A stretch of 64,000 nt of DNA from Octopus sinensis (GCF_006345805.1 NC_043010.1:63302001-63366000), one strand, 5' to 3'. Shown: positions 26,521-39,361, numbered from the stretch's first letter. Notes: generated from the sequence alone by a model not told the origin. Numbers and translations are program-made.

Positions 26521-26912
26521 TAATAATAATAATAACAACAACAACAATCAGTAACTTAGACTCAAGGCCACAAGATTCTAGGGGTGGAATGCAGTTGATG
26601 ACTAAATATTTAATTGACATGCTAAAGGAACGAAAAGCAAAGCCACCCCTGTTGAATTTGAACTCAGTTCTGTAAAGAAATGAAATAATAATAATAATAA
26701 TCCTTTCTACTATAGGCACAAGGCCTGGAATTTGTGGGGAGCGGGTTAGTCGATTACATCAACCCCAGCACTTCACTGGTACTTGATTTATCGACCCCGA
26801 AAGGATGAAAGGCAAAGTTGACCTCGGCAGAATTTGAACTCAGGATGGATGAAATGCCGCTAAGCATTTTGTTTGGCATGCTAATGTCTGTGCTAGTTCG
26901 CCACCTTAATAA
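24590..26912 (-). mobile_element. Head-to-tail array of at least 8 SINE family B copies separated by (AAT)n tracts
   Basis: Eight tttgaactcag-like B-box segments (about 24835, 25250, 25753, 25948, 26202, 26391, 26658, 26833), all in the same orientation, mostly with (AAT)n tracts between copies. Confidence 0.8.
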
Positions 26913-27424
26913 TAATGATATTGATAAATCTGATAATAACAATAATAATTGTAATAACAATATTAATTCATCATCGTCATCTTTTAATGAAATGGTTGTT
27001 TGTTAGTGAAAGAAACAAAGTTTATATTAGAGGCAGGATGTTTAGGTTGGCAACTGTGAGGTATAACTGTGTGAATTTTGGGACAATTTTTTTTTTATAA
27101 AGAGAGAAATATATATATATATATTTATATATATATATGTATATTAGAAACGTACAACATGGGCAGCAGTGACAACCAAAAGGCACCAGCTGCACATTAC
27201 AGTAGATATATTAGAATGGAACACTGGAAATTGGTAAGGCAAAAAAAAAAAAAAATTAAAATAATAATAATAATGATGATGATGATGATGATGATAATAA
27301 TAATAATAATAATAATCAATGATGAAAAATATTTTAAAAAAAAAAACAAACATTTAAAAATGTTGATACATACAGTTAGTGCATGTATATAAAATGCATT
27401 GATACAGAATTACATGAATATATA

Positions 27425-27466
<42 letters not shown>

Positions 27467-27638
27467 TATATAGATATATAGATATATATATATATGTATG
27501 TATACATACATATATATATTTATACACACACATATACATATATTTATACATGTGTGTGTATATATATATATTTATATATATACACACATCTATGTACACA
27601 AGTAGTGTGTAGGTGTGGACATGTGCGTGTGTATATAC

Positions 27639-27682
<44 letters not shown>

Positions 27683-28210
27683 TGCACACACACGCGTGTA
27701 AATACACACTAACATACGTTAACGAACACAGTATGTCCCAAAGTAAGACAAATTAATTAAATTATTGTCCTTTCCTTTTTAAGACTTATCTGCTCTCAAA
27801 CAAAACCTCTTCCAAAGCATAAAGGTCTTCTAATCCTGAGGAGAGAAGGGGGTTAGCTAAGGGCTGTACTGAACTCCGATCTCATGTTGTGAAGCAGATG
27901 AGATACCTCTAGCCATCTGTTTTCTTTGCACACATCATTCTCAGAGGCCCTGGTATCTTATCCCCTTCAACATTCAAACTATTTGAGGCAATGCGGAATA
28001 CAACGTTCTACATTGACTTCACATTTGGCAAAATTTGATACCTTCATTGTGACTTACATACTAAGACTTCTTGCAAGTAGACACACCATGTATACATAGA
28101 CAGACAATAACTTTATAATAAATATATAGCGTACAAAGGATAATAAATACATACATTTATTAGTTAGATGTATGTACATGTGCACATATGTATGCACGTG
28201 TGTATATATA

Positions 28211-28278
<68 letters not shown>

Positions 28279-28321
28279 CAATAAATGGTGGGGTTAGTGT
28301 TGACCGCATGTGGAGAAATGA

Positions 28322-28509
28322 TAGGAGAGGAAAAATTATAAAAAGGCAGAATGCTAAATTGAAAGAAAATTTTAATAAAAATGGGTGTATGGAAAATTAA
28401 AAGAATAATAATTATTATTTTTTAATTTTTAAAATTTTTCATACACCCATTTATATTAAAATTTACCTTCAATTTAGAATTCTGCCTTTTTATAATTTTT
28501 CCTCTCCTA
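28322..28509. repeat. Long inverted repeat, 77-bp arms, possible TA-flanked MITE
   Basis: 28322-28398 vs 28433-28509: 72/77 complementary with no indels; the loop is also partly self-complementary. Confidence 0.92.
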
Positions 28510-30019
28510 TATATATATATATATTTATATATATATACATGCACATACATATGTATATAAAACAGACATATAACTCATAGTAGCATGAAAATATGGACGT
28601 AAAACCAGCAAATGAATGATGTATATATAATCATATATTCATATACACACACACACACACCACGTATACACATATTTACATATCTATATATGTGTGTATA
28701 TCTATCCATATGTATATAATATATATATACACACACCACACACACATATATATACACACACACAAATATATACATATACACGTGTATACTTGAGAATAAA
28801 GTTAAAATATTTTGTTTTTATCTTACAAAAAATAAGAACTATAAAATGAATGTAACAATAATTAATTAATAAATTTTCAGAAAAACAGACTTTTTTAAAG
28901 TGATTAATTATTAGAATTTAGTTTGGTTTCAAAATTATCTGCTTGTGAAGTTCTCATGGCATCTTCCCCCCTTATGCAACCTCTTCCTTCTCACACTAAC
29001 ATATCATTTCTTGGGAACTGTCCCCTCAGTGACCTCACTCTAGTCTGGCCTTGACATCTTTCTGTGACTTTGTCACACATCTTTCTCATTAGAAACTTCC
29101 AAAAATATCCAGCTCACAGTCTACAAATAACGTAGACTGCTGCAGTTGTTTAGCCCCAGGCAAACCTTAATTGAGCAGACCTATGATCAAGTGTGTTACA
29201 ACCACAACAGATCTGCCCTTCTTTTGGACAGCATTACCTTTCTAGGATTACATTATCTAATGGGTCCCTCAATTTTCAAGATGTTAAATATAATTTAAGG
29301 GAGATTTGGCTGCTGCTATTTCTTGCAGGTTAAGTGATACCATAAACACAGCCCCTTTCTTTGCTAGAAATAGCCTAAATTGTTTCAGTTACCAATGACT
29401 CAAAAATAACTTCAATTGTTTCCAGTTTACAAATAGCTTAAATTTATTTATATTGAAGACAAAAAAAAAAAATTCTTCACACAAGATAAATCTGTAAGAT
29501 GTAAGAGAGAAATCTAACCCCGGACAGGGTCCTAGTTTATTAGAAGTAACTTTCACAGAAGGATCTGGTACTTATTTCTGTGCCTACAGGGTAACTTGAA
29601 CCTCTGTAGCTTGGATTATTTTACATGGTTCTATGTTGAGGAGACACACATTAAGGCGTTATCAGCCGTGTAGGGATACTGGTGAGATAGTGTAAGCATC
29701 AATTCGCTAACAGACATGTGGACATCTTTTAAAGTTATTCCTTTTACAAGGCACGTGGCTTAGAGGTTAGGGTATTTGGCTCACGATTGTAAAGTTGTGA
29801 GTTCAATTCTTAATGGTGAATTATGTCCTTGAGCAAGACACTTTATTTCATGTTGCTCCAGTTCACTCAGCTGGTAAAAATGAGTAGTACTTGTATTTCA
29901 AAAGGTCAATTTTGTCATATTCTGTATCATGCCAAATCTTCCTGAGGACTATCTTAAGAGTACATATATCTGTGGAGTACTCAGCCACTTGCAGGTTGTT
30001 CCATTGATTGGACCATGCA

Positions 30020-30865
30020 AACACATTTCTCTCCTACCACATCATGATTCTCTCTCAAACACTGTCTTGCAACACAAGACACCTCAAATCTTTGGTCACC
30101 ACGGCGCAGAACATTGGCAAATTTTTTCTTATCTGCTTCCCCTCTGGCTAAATATACCTGTCTCCTAGCTTCTCTTTTCGCAGTCTGATACAATTCCCTA
30201 CTACTGCCATTCCTCCAGTCCTTCCAAGCCTGTCTCTTGTCTCTAATAGCCCTGTCTACAACATTGTTCCACCACCACGTTACCATGGGACGAGATGGGA
30301 CTTTGCTCCATCCACAGATCTGGTCAGTGGCACTCAGCAGATTGTCCCTAGAAACCTCCAGTTGGTTTCCACATTATGTGATGCCATATCCCCTTGTATT
30401 TCGTCAAAAGCTTCGAGTAGGACTTCTCTAAATCTCTGTCCATTTACAGGATTTTTAAGTTTCCAGACCCTTCTCCTCCGAGCTGGTCTTCTTCTGGGCA
30501 GCCATTTGGCCCTGATCCAGAAGTCGCTAACTACTAATCTATGTTGAGGAGTACATTCCTCGCCTGGAAAGGTTTTGGCATTTATAAGCAGCCTTCTTTC
30601 CCTCTTTCTAGCGAGGATGTAGTCGATCTGGCTAGTGTGTCTGCCAGAACGGTAGGTGACTAGGTGAGAGGTGGGTTTCCTGAAGTTGGTATTGCAAATC
30701 ATAAGGTCATTTGCATCGCAGAACTCCAGCAGCCTGGTTCCCTCCTCATTGCGAGAACCATAACCGTAGCCCCCGTGTATGCCATGGAAGCCCCCGACAT
30801 GTCCATTGAAGTCACCTGCCACGAAGAGAAGGTCACTGTCATTTGTCAACGAGGTAGTCTGTAAT
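30020..30865 (-). mobile_element. RTE-clade LINE fragment: AP endonuclease C-terminus and linker
   Basis: Motifs VAGDFNGHVG, RNEEGTRLLEFC, SQIDYIL, PQHRLV and TWWWN. Frameshift or deletion near 30290-30340. Confidence 0.88.
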
Positions 30866-31767
30866 AGGGTGTCCTGAAATGGATTTCAGTCCTTGACTGG
30901 CACTTTATGCTATCAGCCCCTGGAATGTTGTGGTAATGGACACGTGGGTTATGATGAAGACTAGGATTAAGGCTCAATTACTTCAGTGTATAATAAGGAT
31001 AGCTGCCCCCATATATCTGTAACCGAAATACAATCTAATGCCAAGGACCGAAGAAGTTAATAAAAATAATTTTGTCATTATTAAGTTGATGTTTGGAACA
31101 TAAATTGACACAAACTTTTTATGGAAGCTTGAAATTTAGATCCCTTTAAAATAGGAAATTTGCTTTGTAGAACCAGTTTCAGGTGGATTGGTACTAAAAG
31201 GGATAAGCACAAAACAAGTGTCTGTAGGTGAGGTACTATGTCAATTAAATCGACCCATTGTATTACTGCTACTTAATCAATAGATTTTCTTCAAAGGATG
31301 GAAGTTAATGCTGTATCCTGTGTGATTTGAACTCAGATCACAGCGTTTCAAATCTATAAACAGTTAAATGTTTAGCCAGATGCTCTACAGTTTCTGCAAA
31401 TTCACTGCCCTTCGTAAAACTTATTGTTTATAAAACAATTATTGTCACATCAATGTCAGATCACTACAAGCCTCTGGAGTATGGATCCCTCACCATACAC
31501 CTGTAGAAACCAATCAATCTACTCCCATATATTTGTTTACAAAGATTTTTTTTTCATCAGAGGATGCCAATTAACAAAGAATGAAACTTAATCGAATGAG
31601 AGCTAATTCAAGCATAAACAAAAATCTCACAACTGAAATCCTTATCCAATATTATTAGAGGTTTTTGTGTGGGTGTATAAATACATAAATACATGCACAC
31701 ATATATAATACACCACAATGCATCAAGCAAAGTACCATATACACACATATACATATATGTGTGTACT

Positions 31768-31835
<68 letters not shown>

Positions 31836-31938
31836 TACTTGCACACATCTATGTATAAGATATTTCTGTATCAAATTAATTATCTGTGCAAATTTAACTC
31901 TCTCAATCATTAGCCAATACATATAATAAATATTGCAA

Positions 31939-31982
<44 letters not shown>

Positions 31983-32567
31983 TACATACATACATATATA
32001 TATATATATGCACATACATACATACATATACACACACAGAACAAGAACATAAATCGCAATTGCTACAAATACTGTATCTTTCTGAAGAAATGTTCAAGCT
32101 GGAAAGAGGAGTCCGTGATGTTTGCATAAAACGTATTCAATAACAGAGTCTGTCATATACTTATATACTGTAAGAGGCATCAAGGCAGGAGACACTGAGC
32201 TAAAAATCAATCAGATGCTTTTACAACACAGCAGCTCTTCTCCATTAAAAAAAAAAGAAATTTTTTTAAAAATTTAAATTATCAAGAGGAGCCATAACAG
32301 TCGTCAAAACTTTTGGGTGAGTTTCTAATATTAGAATTTGGCCAGCACAGATTCTGCTTTTTCAGGGTAGGGGGGAAGAAATGTCTCACTTTGTAGGACA
32401 GACTGCTTTGACAAAATTTTCATGAAATTCCAATGAAGGAAGTGTTAACACCATTGATAAAATGAAATTCGAAACACGGGTTGAGTTATAAAATCAAAGT
32501 TGAGGAAACATAATTAAGTAGACAGGGAAAGAAAAGGTTCAAGGTGTTTTTAATTATTATTATGATG

Positions 32568-32599
<32 letters not shown>

Positions 32600-32726
32600 C
32601 ATTATTACTATCATTACAACTACTAATATTAACAGTTTGTGCTGCTGCTGCTGTTGTTATTCATATCTATGAATGTTCCAAATATTATTGGTTGTTTGAT
32701 TGGTTAAGTTTTTAATTATTTAATTG

Positions 32727-35144
32727 TTATTTGTCATTGCCGTAGTGGTCGGAGTTACTCTTAGAAGGTGCGTGAATGCCTTGGATGTTGTTCCAAGAAG
32801 TTTGTTTACCTTGCTTGACCCCACAGGAATAGCCGGAAGGAACGCTAGGCCAGCTAGAACCAAGCAAAGGAGGCATGGGGTACCCTCTAGACCACAGATA
32901 GTTGCTCTCCCAACTCTGTGGCATTTCGTGCAGATATGCTGGGGTGGATGTATGAGAGACTGGGATCGAAGGGGTCTGTAACTGAGTGGATTGCACATGA
33001 GGATCTCGGTGATGTGCTAATGACATGGGCCCGGGGTGGGGTGAACCACCCTGATTGACTTTCATGCTGTTTTTATGTGAAGACGATGAGATTGGTGGTG
33101 ATGAAGAATTTGGTATGTGCTGATGATGTTTGTTGCTGTGTGTTTCTGGGCTGTATGTATTAAATGGGGAAGAGCTTTTGTTCTGCGGATGTGTGGAGTG
33201 AGTGGGCGTGCTGTTCCCACTCAACATTGAAGGGGGCGGTTGAGGGAGGGGAGGTTCGCAGCCGGGTCGAGGCCGTTTGTGAGTGGCAATATGAGATTCA
33301 CTCTCACATGTGCTGAATGCAGACGGAGGCTTTTCTTGGGTGTGGTTCGAGGACTGATGACTCATTCGGCTTCCACTGTTCAACAAAGATGAAGAAGAGT
33401 TTGGAGATGACAGCGAATGCATTTGCGATGCCGGGGGTTGTGGATTCTTTGTGAAGAGTTCACAACCGGTACGTGTGCGCCTATGATTGTTTAAGTTTGC
33501 CTTTTGCGAGAACGATTTCCCACAACTTTCACACTTAAATGGCTTCTCTCCAGTATGAGTACGAAGATGAGTTTTCAAGTTACCAGCCTGCGAGAATACC
33601 TTAGGACAAAGGTCACAACAGTATGGTTTCTCTCCAGCATGGGTGCGAAGGTGAAGCTTCAAATTACCTCTCTGGCTAAAAGCTTTGTCACACAGGTTAC
33701 ATTTAAATGGCTTTTCCCCTGTGTGTGTTCTCATGTGATTTTTCAAATTTATTTGAAGAGTAAATTCTTTGGGACAATAATCACATTTATACAGCTCCCC
33801 GGTGTGGATACGTTCGTGGATTTTGAGGAAAAACTGGTTACAAAACGGTTTCTTGCAGAACTGACAATAGTAGAGCTCTCCTGTGTGAAGTCTTTTGTGG
33901 TCGTTTAAATTAATCTTCTGGGAAAAGGCTTTCCCACAGACATCACAGGCAAAGGGTTTCTCACCTGTATGCGTTCGGAGATGGAGTTTTAAGTTACCTC
34001 TTTGGCTAAAAGCTTTTGAACAAACATGGCACTGAAACGGTCGGTCACCAGTGTGTGTTCGTTCGTGATTTTTAAGATTGATTTTCTGTGAAAATGTTTT
34101 GCTGCAATATTCACATTTAAACACTTCCCCAGTGTGTGTACGCTCATGGATCTTCAAAAAAAACTGGTTACAAAACGATTTCTTGCAGTAGCTACAATAA
34201 AATAACTCTCCAGTGTGTATACGCTTATGATCATTCAAGTTGATCTTTTGAGAAAAGGCCTTTCCACATATGTCACACGCAAATGGCTTCTCTCCTGTAT
34301 GGGTCCTCAAATGAAGTTTTAAGTTTCCTCTCTGACTAAATGCTTTATTACAGACATTACATTGGAATGGTTTCTCCCCTGTGTGTGTCCTTAAGTGATT
34401 TTTCAAATTTATCTGTAAAGTGAAAGATTTTGTACAGAATGTGCATTTATACAGTTCCCCTGTATGTGTACGTTCGTGTATCTTTAGAAAAAACTGGTTA
34501 CAAAACGGTTTCTTGCAGAACTGACAATAGTAGAGCTCTCCTGTGTGAAGTCGTTTATGGTCGTTTAAATTAATCTTCTGGGAAAAGGCTTTCCCACAGA
34601 CATCACAGGCAAAGGGTTTCTCCCCAGTGTGCGTTCTAAGGTGAAGCTTCAAATTACCACGCTGACTAAAAGATTTATTACAAACTGTACACTGGAATGG
34701 CTTCTCCCCAGTGTGAGTTCGCAGATGATTTTTAAGGTTGATTTTCTGTGTGAAGGCTTTTCCACAGTAACTGCACTCAAAAGGCTTCAGTCCTGTGTGA
34801 GTGAGTTCATGGTTCTTTAGAAAAAACTGATTTGAGAATCCTTTTTTACAGAAACTACACTGGAAATCTTTTTCCAGTGGCTGATGTTGCGGTTGCTTAT
34901 TGTCATACATATGAGAGGGAGAGTGATGGGGTGGAAGGGACTCTCTGCCAGCTTCGTCCATTGCTGAAGGTGATCCTAGAGTGGTAGGAACATCTTTCCT
35001 GCCCATCTCACCTGAACTGTAAGTCTTTTCAGCAAGTGGCATTGTCTTTTCTGGACATTTTGGATAACTGCTTGGATAAACTGGCTGCCCACTGTACAGC
35101 GGTGGTTGATTGGTCATCGGAAACATTGGTTGAAAAGGATACAT
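32727..35144 (-). CDS. C2H2 zinc-finger protein, 17 tandem fingers (last one degenerate), 805 aa, with P/S/Y/Q-rich N-terminus and P/S/H-rich C-terminus (ZNF-B)
   Basis: Uninterrupted 2418-nt ORF. The finger array spans aa 94-558 (33471-34865), with TGEKP and TGEL linkers. An in-frame TAA lies upstream of the ATG (ccaagATG). The last finger reads HRRTR, so its second His is lost. Confidence 0.95.
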   Translation of the reverse strand: MYPFQPMFPMTNQPPLYSGQPVYPSSYPKCPEKTMPLAEKTYSSGEMGRKDVPTTLGSPSAMDEAGRESLPPHHSPSHMYDNKQPQHQPLEKDFQCSFCKKGFSNQFFLKNHELTHTGLKPFECSYCGKAFTQKINLKNHLRTHTGEKPFQCTVCNKSFSQRGNLKLHLRTHTGEKPFACDVCGKAFSQKINLNDHKRLHTGELYYCQFCKKPFCNQFFLKIHERTHTGELYKCTFCTKSFTLQINLKNHLRTHTGEKPFQCNVCNKAFSQRGNLKLHLRTHTGEKPFACDICGKAFSQKINLNDHKRIHTGELFYCSYCKKSFCNQFFLKIHERTHTGEVFKCEYCSKTFSQKINLKNHERTHTGDRPFQCHVCSKAFSQRGNLKLHLRTHTGEKPFACDVCGKAFSQKINLNDHKRLHTGELYYCQFCKKPFCNQFFLKIHERIHTGELYKCDYCPKEFTLQINLKNHMRTHTGEKPFKCNLCDKAFSQRGNLKLHLRTHAGEKPYCCDLCPKVFSQAGNLKTHLRTHTGEKPFKCESCGKSFSQKANLNNHRRTRTGCELFTKNPQPPASQMHSLSSPNSSSSLLNSGSRMSHQSSNHTQEKPPSAFSTCESESHIATHKRPRPGCEPPLPQPPPSMLSGNSTPTHSTHPQNKSSSPFNTYSPETHSNKHHQHIPNSSSPPISSSSHKNSMKVNQGGSPHPGPMSLAHHRDPHVQSTQLQTPSIPVSHTSTPAYLHEMPQSWESNYLWSRGYPMPPLLGSSWPSVPSGYSCGVKQGKQTSWNNIQGIHAPSKSNSDHYGNDK

Positions 35145-35538
35145 CTTGGCAATGGATTGGTACTTGTGCGATAAGGAATCAGTTTATCCAAGTTTAAAAA
35201 TCAATCAAATGTGGAAATGAGAAGAACATTGAGTATTGTTGTTGTTGTTAATGTTGTTGTCAATGTTGTCGTTGCTGTTTTTGTTTTTTTCTTGTCTGTT
35301 CTATGTATGTCTGAATTGAATGTAGTTTCACAGACGTCACAAGACTAACAATGTTCTCAGCGGCCCATGAACAGAAGACCAGCCTTAAAATCAAAATTTA
35401 TTCAACGTGCCACATACTCATAAGTGTAGAGGATGGTGGGAAAGGATAGATGTATTTCTGGCAACTCCAGGGATTCTTCGAATTCGAATTACATTGGACT
35501 TTGAAGTCTCAACATAGGAGCAGCATGGAAAGTGGCAT
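35145..35538 (-). other. 5' UTR portion of the ZNF-B coding exon with 3' splice acceptor
   Basis: Minus strand reads gttttctctttctttccAG|atgccact, with AG at 35540-35539. The 394 nt from there to the ATG are non-repetitive apart from a short (CAA)-like tract. Confidence 0.7.
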
Positions 35539-36040
35539 CTGGAAAGAAAGAGAAAACAAATACTTTTATGAAAAAAAGATCAAATAAAATCATTAAATTA
35601 ACATAAGATTATATATATGTGTGTACATCATCATCATCACCATCGATTTCAGACGAAGACGGGTATGTAAACAACAAATAGACATATTAGTTAAATGATC
35701 GGAAAGTGAGAAAGTCTTTTACATTTCGAGCCTATGCTCTTCAACAGAAAGGAACACAGAAATAAGCAGAGAGAAGAAATAAAAAAGATTTAGCGGCTAG
35801 CGATCAATCATGTGTGTGTGTATACACACACACGATGGGGCTCATTTCCATTTTCTGTCAACCAAACCCATAAAGAATGCCTCAGTTATCCTGGGGCTAT
35901 AGAACAAGATACTTGCCCAAGGTGCCATGAAGTGGGCCTAAACCCTAGAACACATTTAGTTGAATGAATTGACCTCAGTACTTTGTTTTTAAAAGCCTGG
36001 TACTCATTCTATCAGTCTCTCTTGTCAAGCTGCTAAGTTC

Positions 36041-36663
36041 ATTAATGGTGATGAAAAATGGATTGTCTACAATAACATTAATCAAAAACGATCATGGTCC
36101 AAGTGTAATGAACCAGCACAAACCACATCAAAAGCTGAATTACATCAAAAAAAGGTCATGTCAGTTTGATGGGATTACAAAGGTGTTGTGTATTTTGAGT
36201 TGCTTCCAAGGAACCAAACGATCAATTCAGATGTTTACTGTCAACTACTAATGAAACTGGAAGTAGTCAAAGAAAGACGGACAGAATTGGTAAATCATAA
36301 AAGAATCATGACGCTAGACCACACACGTCTTTGCTAACTCATGAAAACTTATTGGAGCTCGGCTGGGAAGTGATGTCACATCCACCATATAGCCCTCACC
36401 TTGCACCATCAGATTAACATTTATTTCAAAGTTTGCAAAATTCTTTGAATGGTAATGACCTGAAATTGCACTTGCTTCAGTTTTGGGCTGATAAGGACCA
36501 GAAGTTCTATGAGCGCAGAATCACGGAATTGGCAGAAAGATGGCAAAAGGTCATCGAACAAAATGGAAAATATATTATTGATTAAAGTTCATTCTTTGTA
36601 TGAAAAAAAAATTACTCTTATTTCACACTAAAATATAGAAATTACTTCCTTGCCAACCCAATA
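36041..36663 (+). mobile_element. Mariner transposon relic (transposase catalytic domain with stops and frameshifts, plus right TIR)
   Basis: GDEKW, WDYKGVVYFELLP, HD-ARPH, PPYSPHLAPSD and ERWQKVIEQNGKYIID* motifs. Ends in ttacttccttgccaacccaata followed by TA. Confidence 0.9.
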
Positions 36664-37278
36664 TATATATATGGTCAGTTTGGTATTCTGAGAGAACTGG
36701 ATACTAGACAAGTGGGGGTTAGTCCTTTGATTAACCAGTCCAGTTGAACACAAAGGAAAGTGTGTGTGAGTGAACAAAGAGAGTAAAGGCAAGAAGTGGG
36801 TTTAACAAAGAAATAAACAATTAGAGAAAGAGAAAGAAGTGAATACGGTAGATATAAGTGAATTAAAAAACAGACAGCTGGATTAACAGATATAGAGATT
36901 AGTCCAGACAGCTAGCCAGGAAGAGAGTGAGATAGACAAAAAGATTAACGTAGATAAACAGATAATTACAGAAACAAAAACTGTAACTAATCAGACAGAC
37001 AGGCAGACACTGATAAGACAGAATGAAGACAGAGAAGAGATACAGAGAGGGAGGGAGGGAGAGAGAGAGAGAGTAGGAAAGAAGAATCTGGGGAGAGAGT
37101 AAGCCGGACAGAGGAGGGGGAAGTGATAAAGAGGCCTGAGAGACGAGAGAGAAAGATAGAGCAGTATTAACTGATACTCTGCCTTTAAGCAGACTGGGTG
37201 AGGGCGAGGAAGGTGTTTATTTATCTGTCTGTTTGTGTATCTTTCTGTCTATCCATCAAATGGCTGTACTGTATAGTC

Positions 37279-37311
<33 letters not shown>

Positions 37312-39361
37312 GAAAGAGGGAGGCTAGGGTGGTGATGGTGGAATGTAGGGCGAAATAATGGATGGGTAGTAGTCAGAGGATATGGAAGAAGCAATTTGTC
37401 ATGGTTGGTTTGCTCCAGCATGGTTGAGAGGTCAGAGGTTCTTGTTTTAGTGCTGCTTTTTAATTTGGGTTGAGGGCACAGGGAGCCAGCAATTGGAGCT
37501 CACACACACACAATCACAGCCATTTAAAAGCGCATAGACAAACATGAAAACACGTGTCTACATACACATACATATATATACTCATATGTACATACATACA
37601 CACACAAACATTTAAAAACACATCGACCCACGTATGCAGGGTTGTATATACTACACACCTACATTACACAGACACGTTACACTCACACACTCTCCCATAC
37701 ATCTACCCAGCAATACATGTATGCATGCAGGCATATTTATAAACATCAATTCAACCATACATACACTCAACTATCCATCCATATATATACATACACACAT
37801 TTTATCTTAATTTTCCCTTTCATACATACATACACAGCCATCCATATAGAGGACAGCCAGACAGACAGAGCTAGCAACTTATGAATCACTGTTTTATTTT
37901 TTTAAATTCTATGGCTCCTCGCCCCTTCACACCCCTCTTATGTTAACTATGGATTCATCCATCCTCTTGCTATCCTTCGAGCCCCTTCCTACGGCCTTCC
38001 AGTCTACAATAAAGGGAATAAGATACTGATCAAGAGTGGCAGTACAGGGGAAAAGGGTGTTGGTTTAGCTGGGGACGGCAGAGAGGGATGTAGTGAACAA
38101 TGGACACACACACACACACACACCTACACATATACACACACACATACACCTACACATATACACACACACATACACTGGCAGGGGGAGTAGATAGAGGTGA
38201 AAGACAGAAACTACAGACAACGCTTCCTCCCCGCTGTACACTGCCATTGCTGGATAAGAAAGGAAGGAGGAAGAGCATGAGGAGAAGGAAGAGGAGATAT
38301 GCATGGAGAAAATTAGGGTGGACAGGTTGAGATGACAAATATATAGAGAGAGGTTTTAGTAAATAAGGCTTAAGCTGTGTGTGTGTGTGTGAGAGGAGAG
38401 AAAGTGAGAGTGTGTGTGTGTTTGTATAACTTTGTGAATAACGTATTATAAATGGGTTAGTATTATTTATAAATAGATTAATATTGTTTATATAGATATA
38501 TACAATTTGTACAATTTACAGATATATATAATTAGCTGTAATGTAATTTATTAGGATTAATTTGTGCTTGTAAATGCTACATAACACACCCACACACACA
38601 CTATTGTGGTACTAGCCAAGTATGACGGGGTACGTTTGTTTCCTTTCAGTAATTCATCTTTTTGAATCACGCAATGTACCATTTTCTTCCTATGTTTCAT
38701 TTTGTCTTCTTTTAGTTACTCTTTTTAACTCAAGCCATATTTTCATTCTGCCACATTCCATTTCTCCAATTCCTATTGAGAATTGACATTTTGGGGAAAA
38801 TCTTGAACGTCTCTCTGCTCTTCAAAGTTGACCAGTTTCTCCGTAACTCAAAATTTCTTTGTTTCACTTGAAGTTACCGCTTTTAAACTCATGTACTCTT
38901 ACTCATTATCATCATCATTTAATGTCCATGTATCATGCTGGCCTAAGTTGTATGGCTTGACAGGATCTAGTGAGTCGATGGTCTGCATTGTGCCCTGGTG
39001 TCTGGTTTGGCATGGTTTCTATGGCTGGACACCTTTCCTAATGCAAGCCACTTTACAGCGTGGACAGGGTCCCTTTTCATGCCATCATCATCACTACTGA
39101 CGTCACCATGCAGCTTACAAGATTATAACCTCTGAAGCAGGTGAGAGGGACAACCTTATTCTAGGAGACTAAGGAGTAGAGAAGGGTTGAAGTATGAGAA
39201 AAAAGGGCTGGAGAAGAATGGGTTTCTTGATGGAAGGGAGATAGATGACTACTTCTTCATTATTCACAATCACAAACATATTTCATTATTTCTTCTCTCT
39301 CTCTTCTCTATCAAAATCACCGACAACCTATTCTCTTCTTGAATACATTTTTTCAATATCA

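Noticed and set aside
24590-26912. Regularly recurring repeats resembling a CRISPR-like array
   Set aside because: Units are 150-250-bp diverged SINEs separated by microsatellites, not short repeats with unique spacers; no cas genes; eukaryotic context.
33504-33908. Plus-strand ORFs overlapping ZNF-B (also 32724-32981, 34629-34820) and ZNF-A (5329-5544)
   Set aside because: Antisense shadows of real coding sequence; no independent motif.
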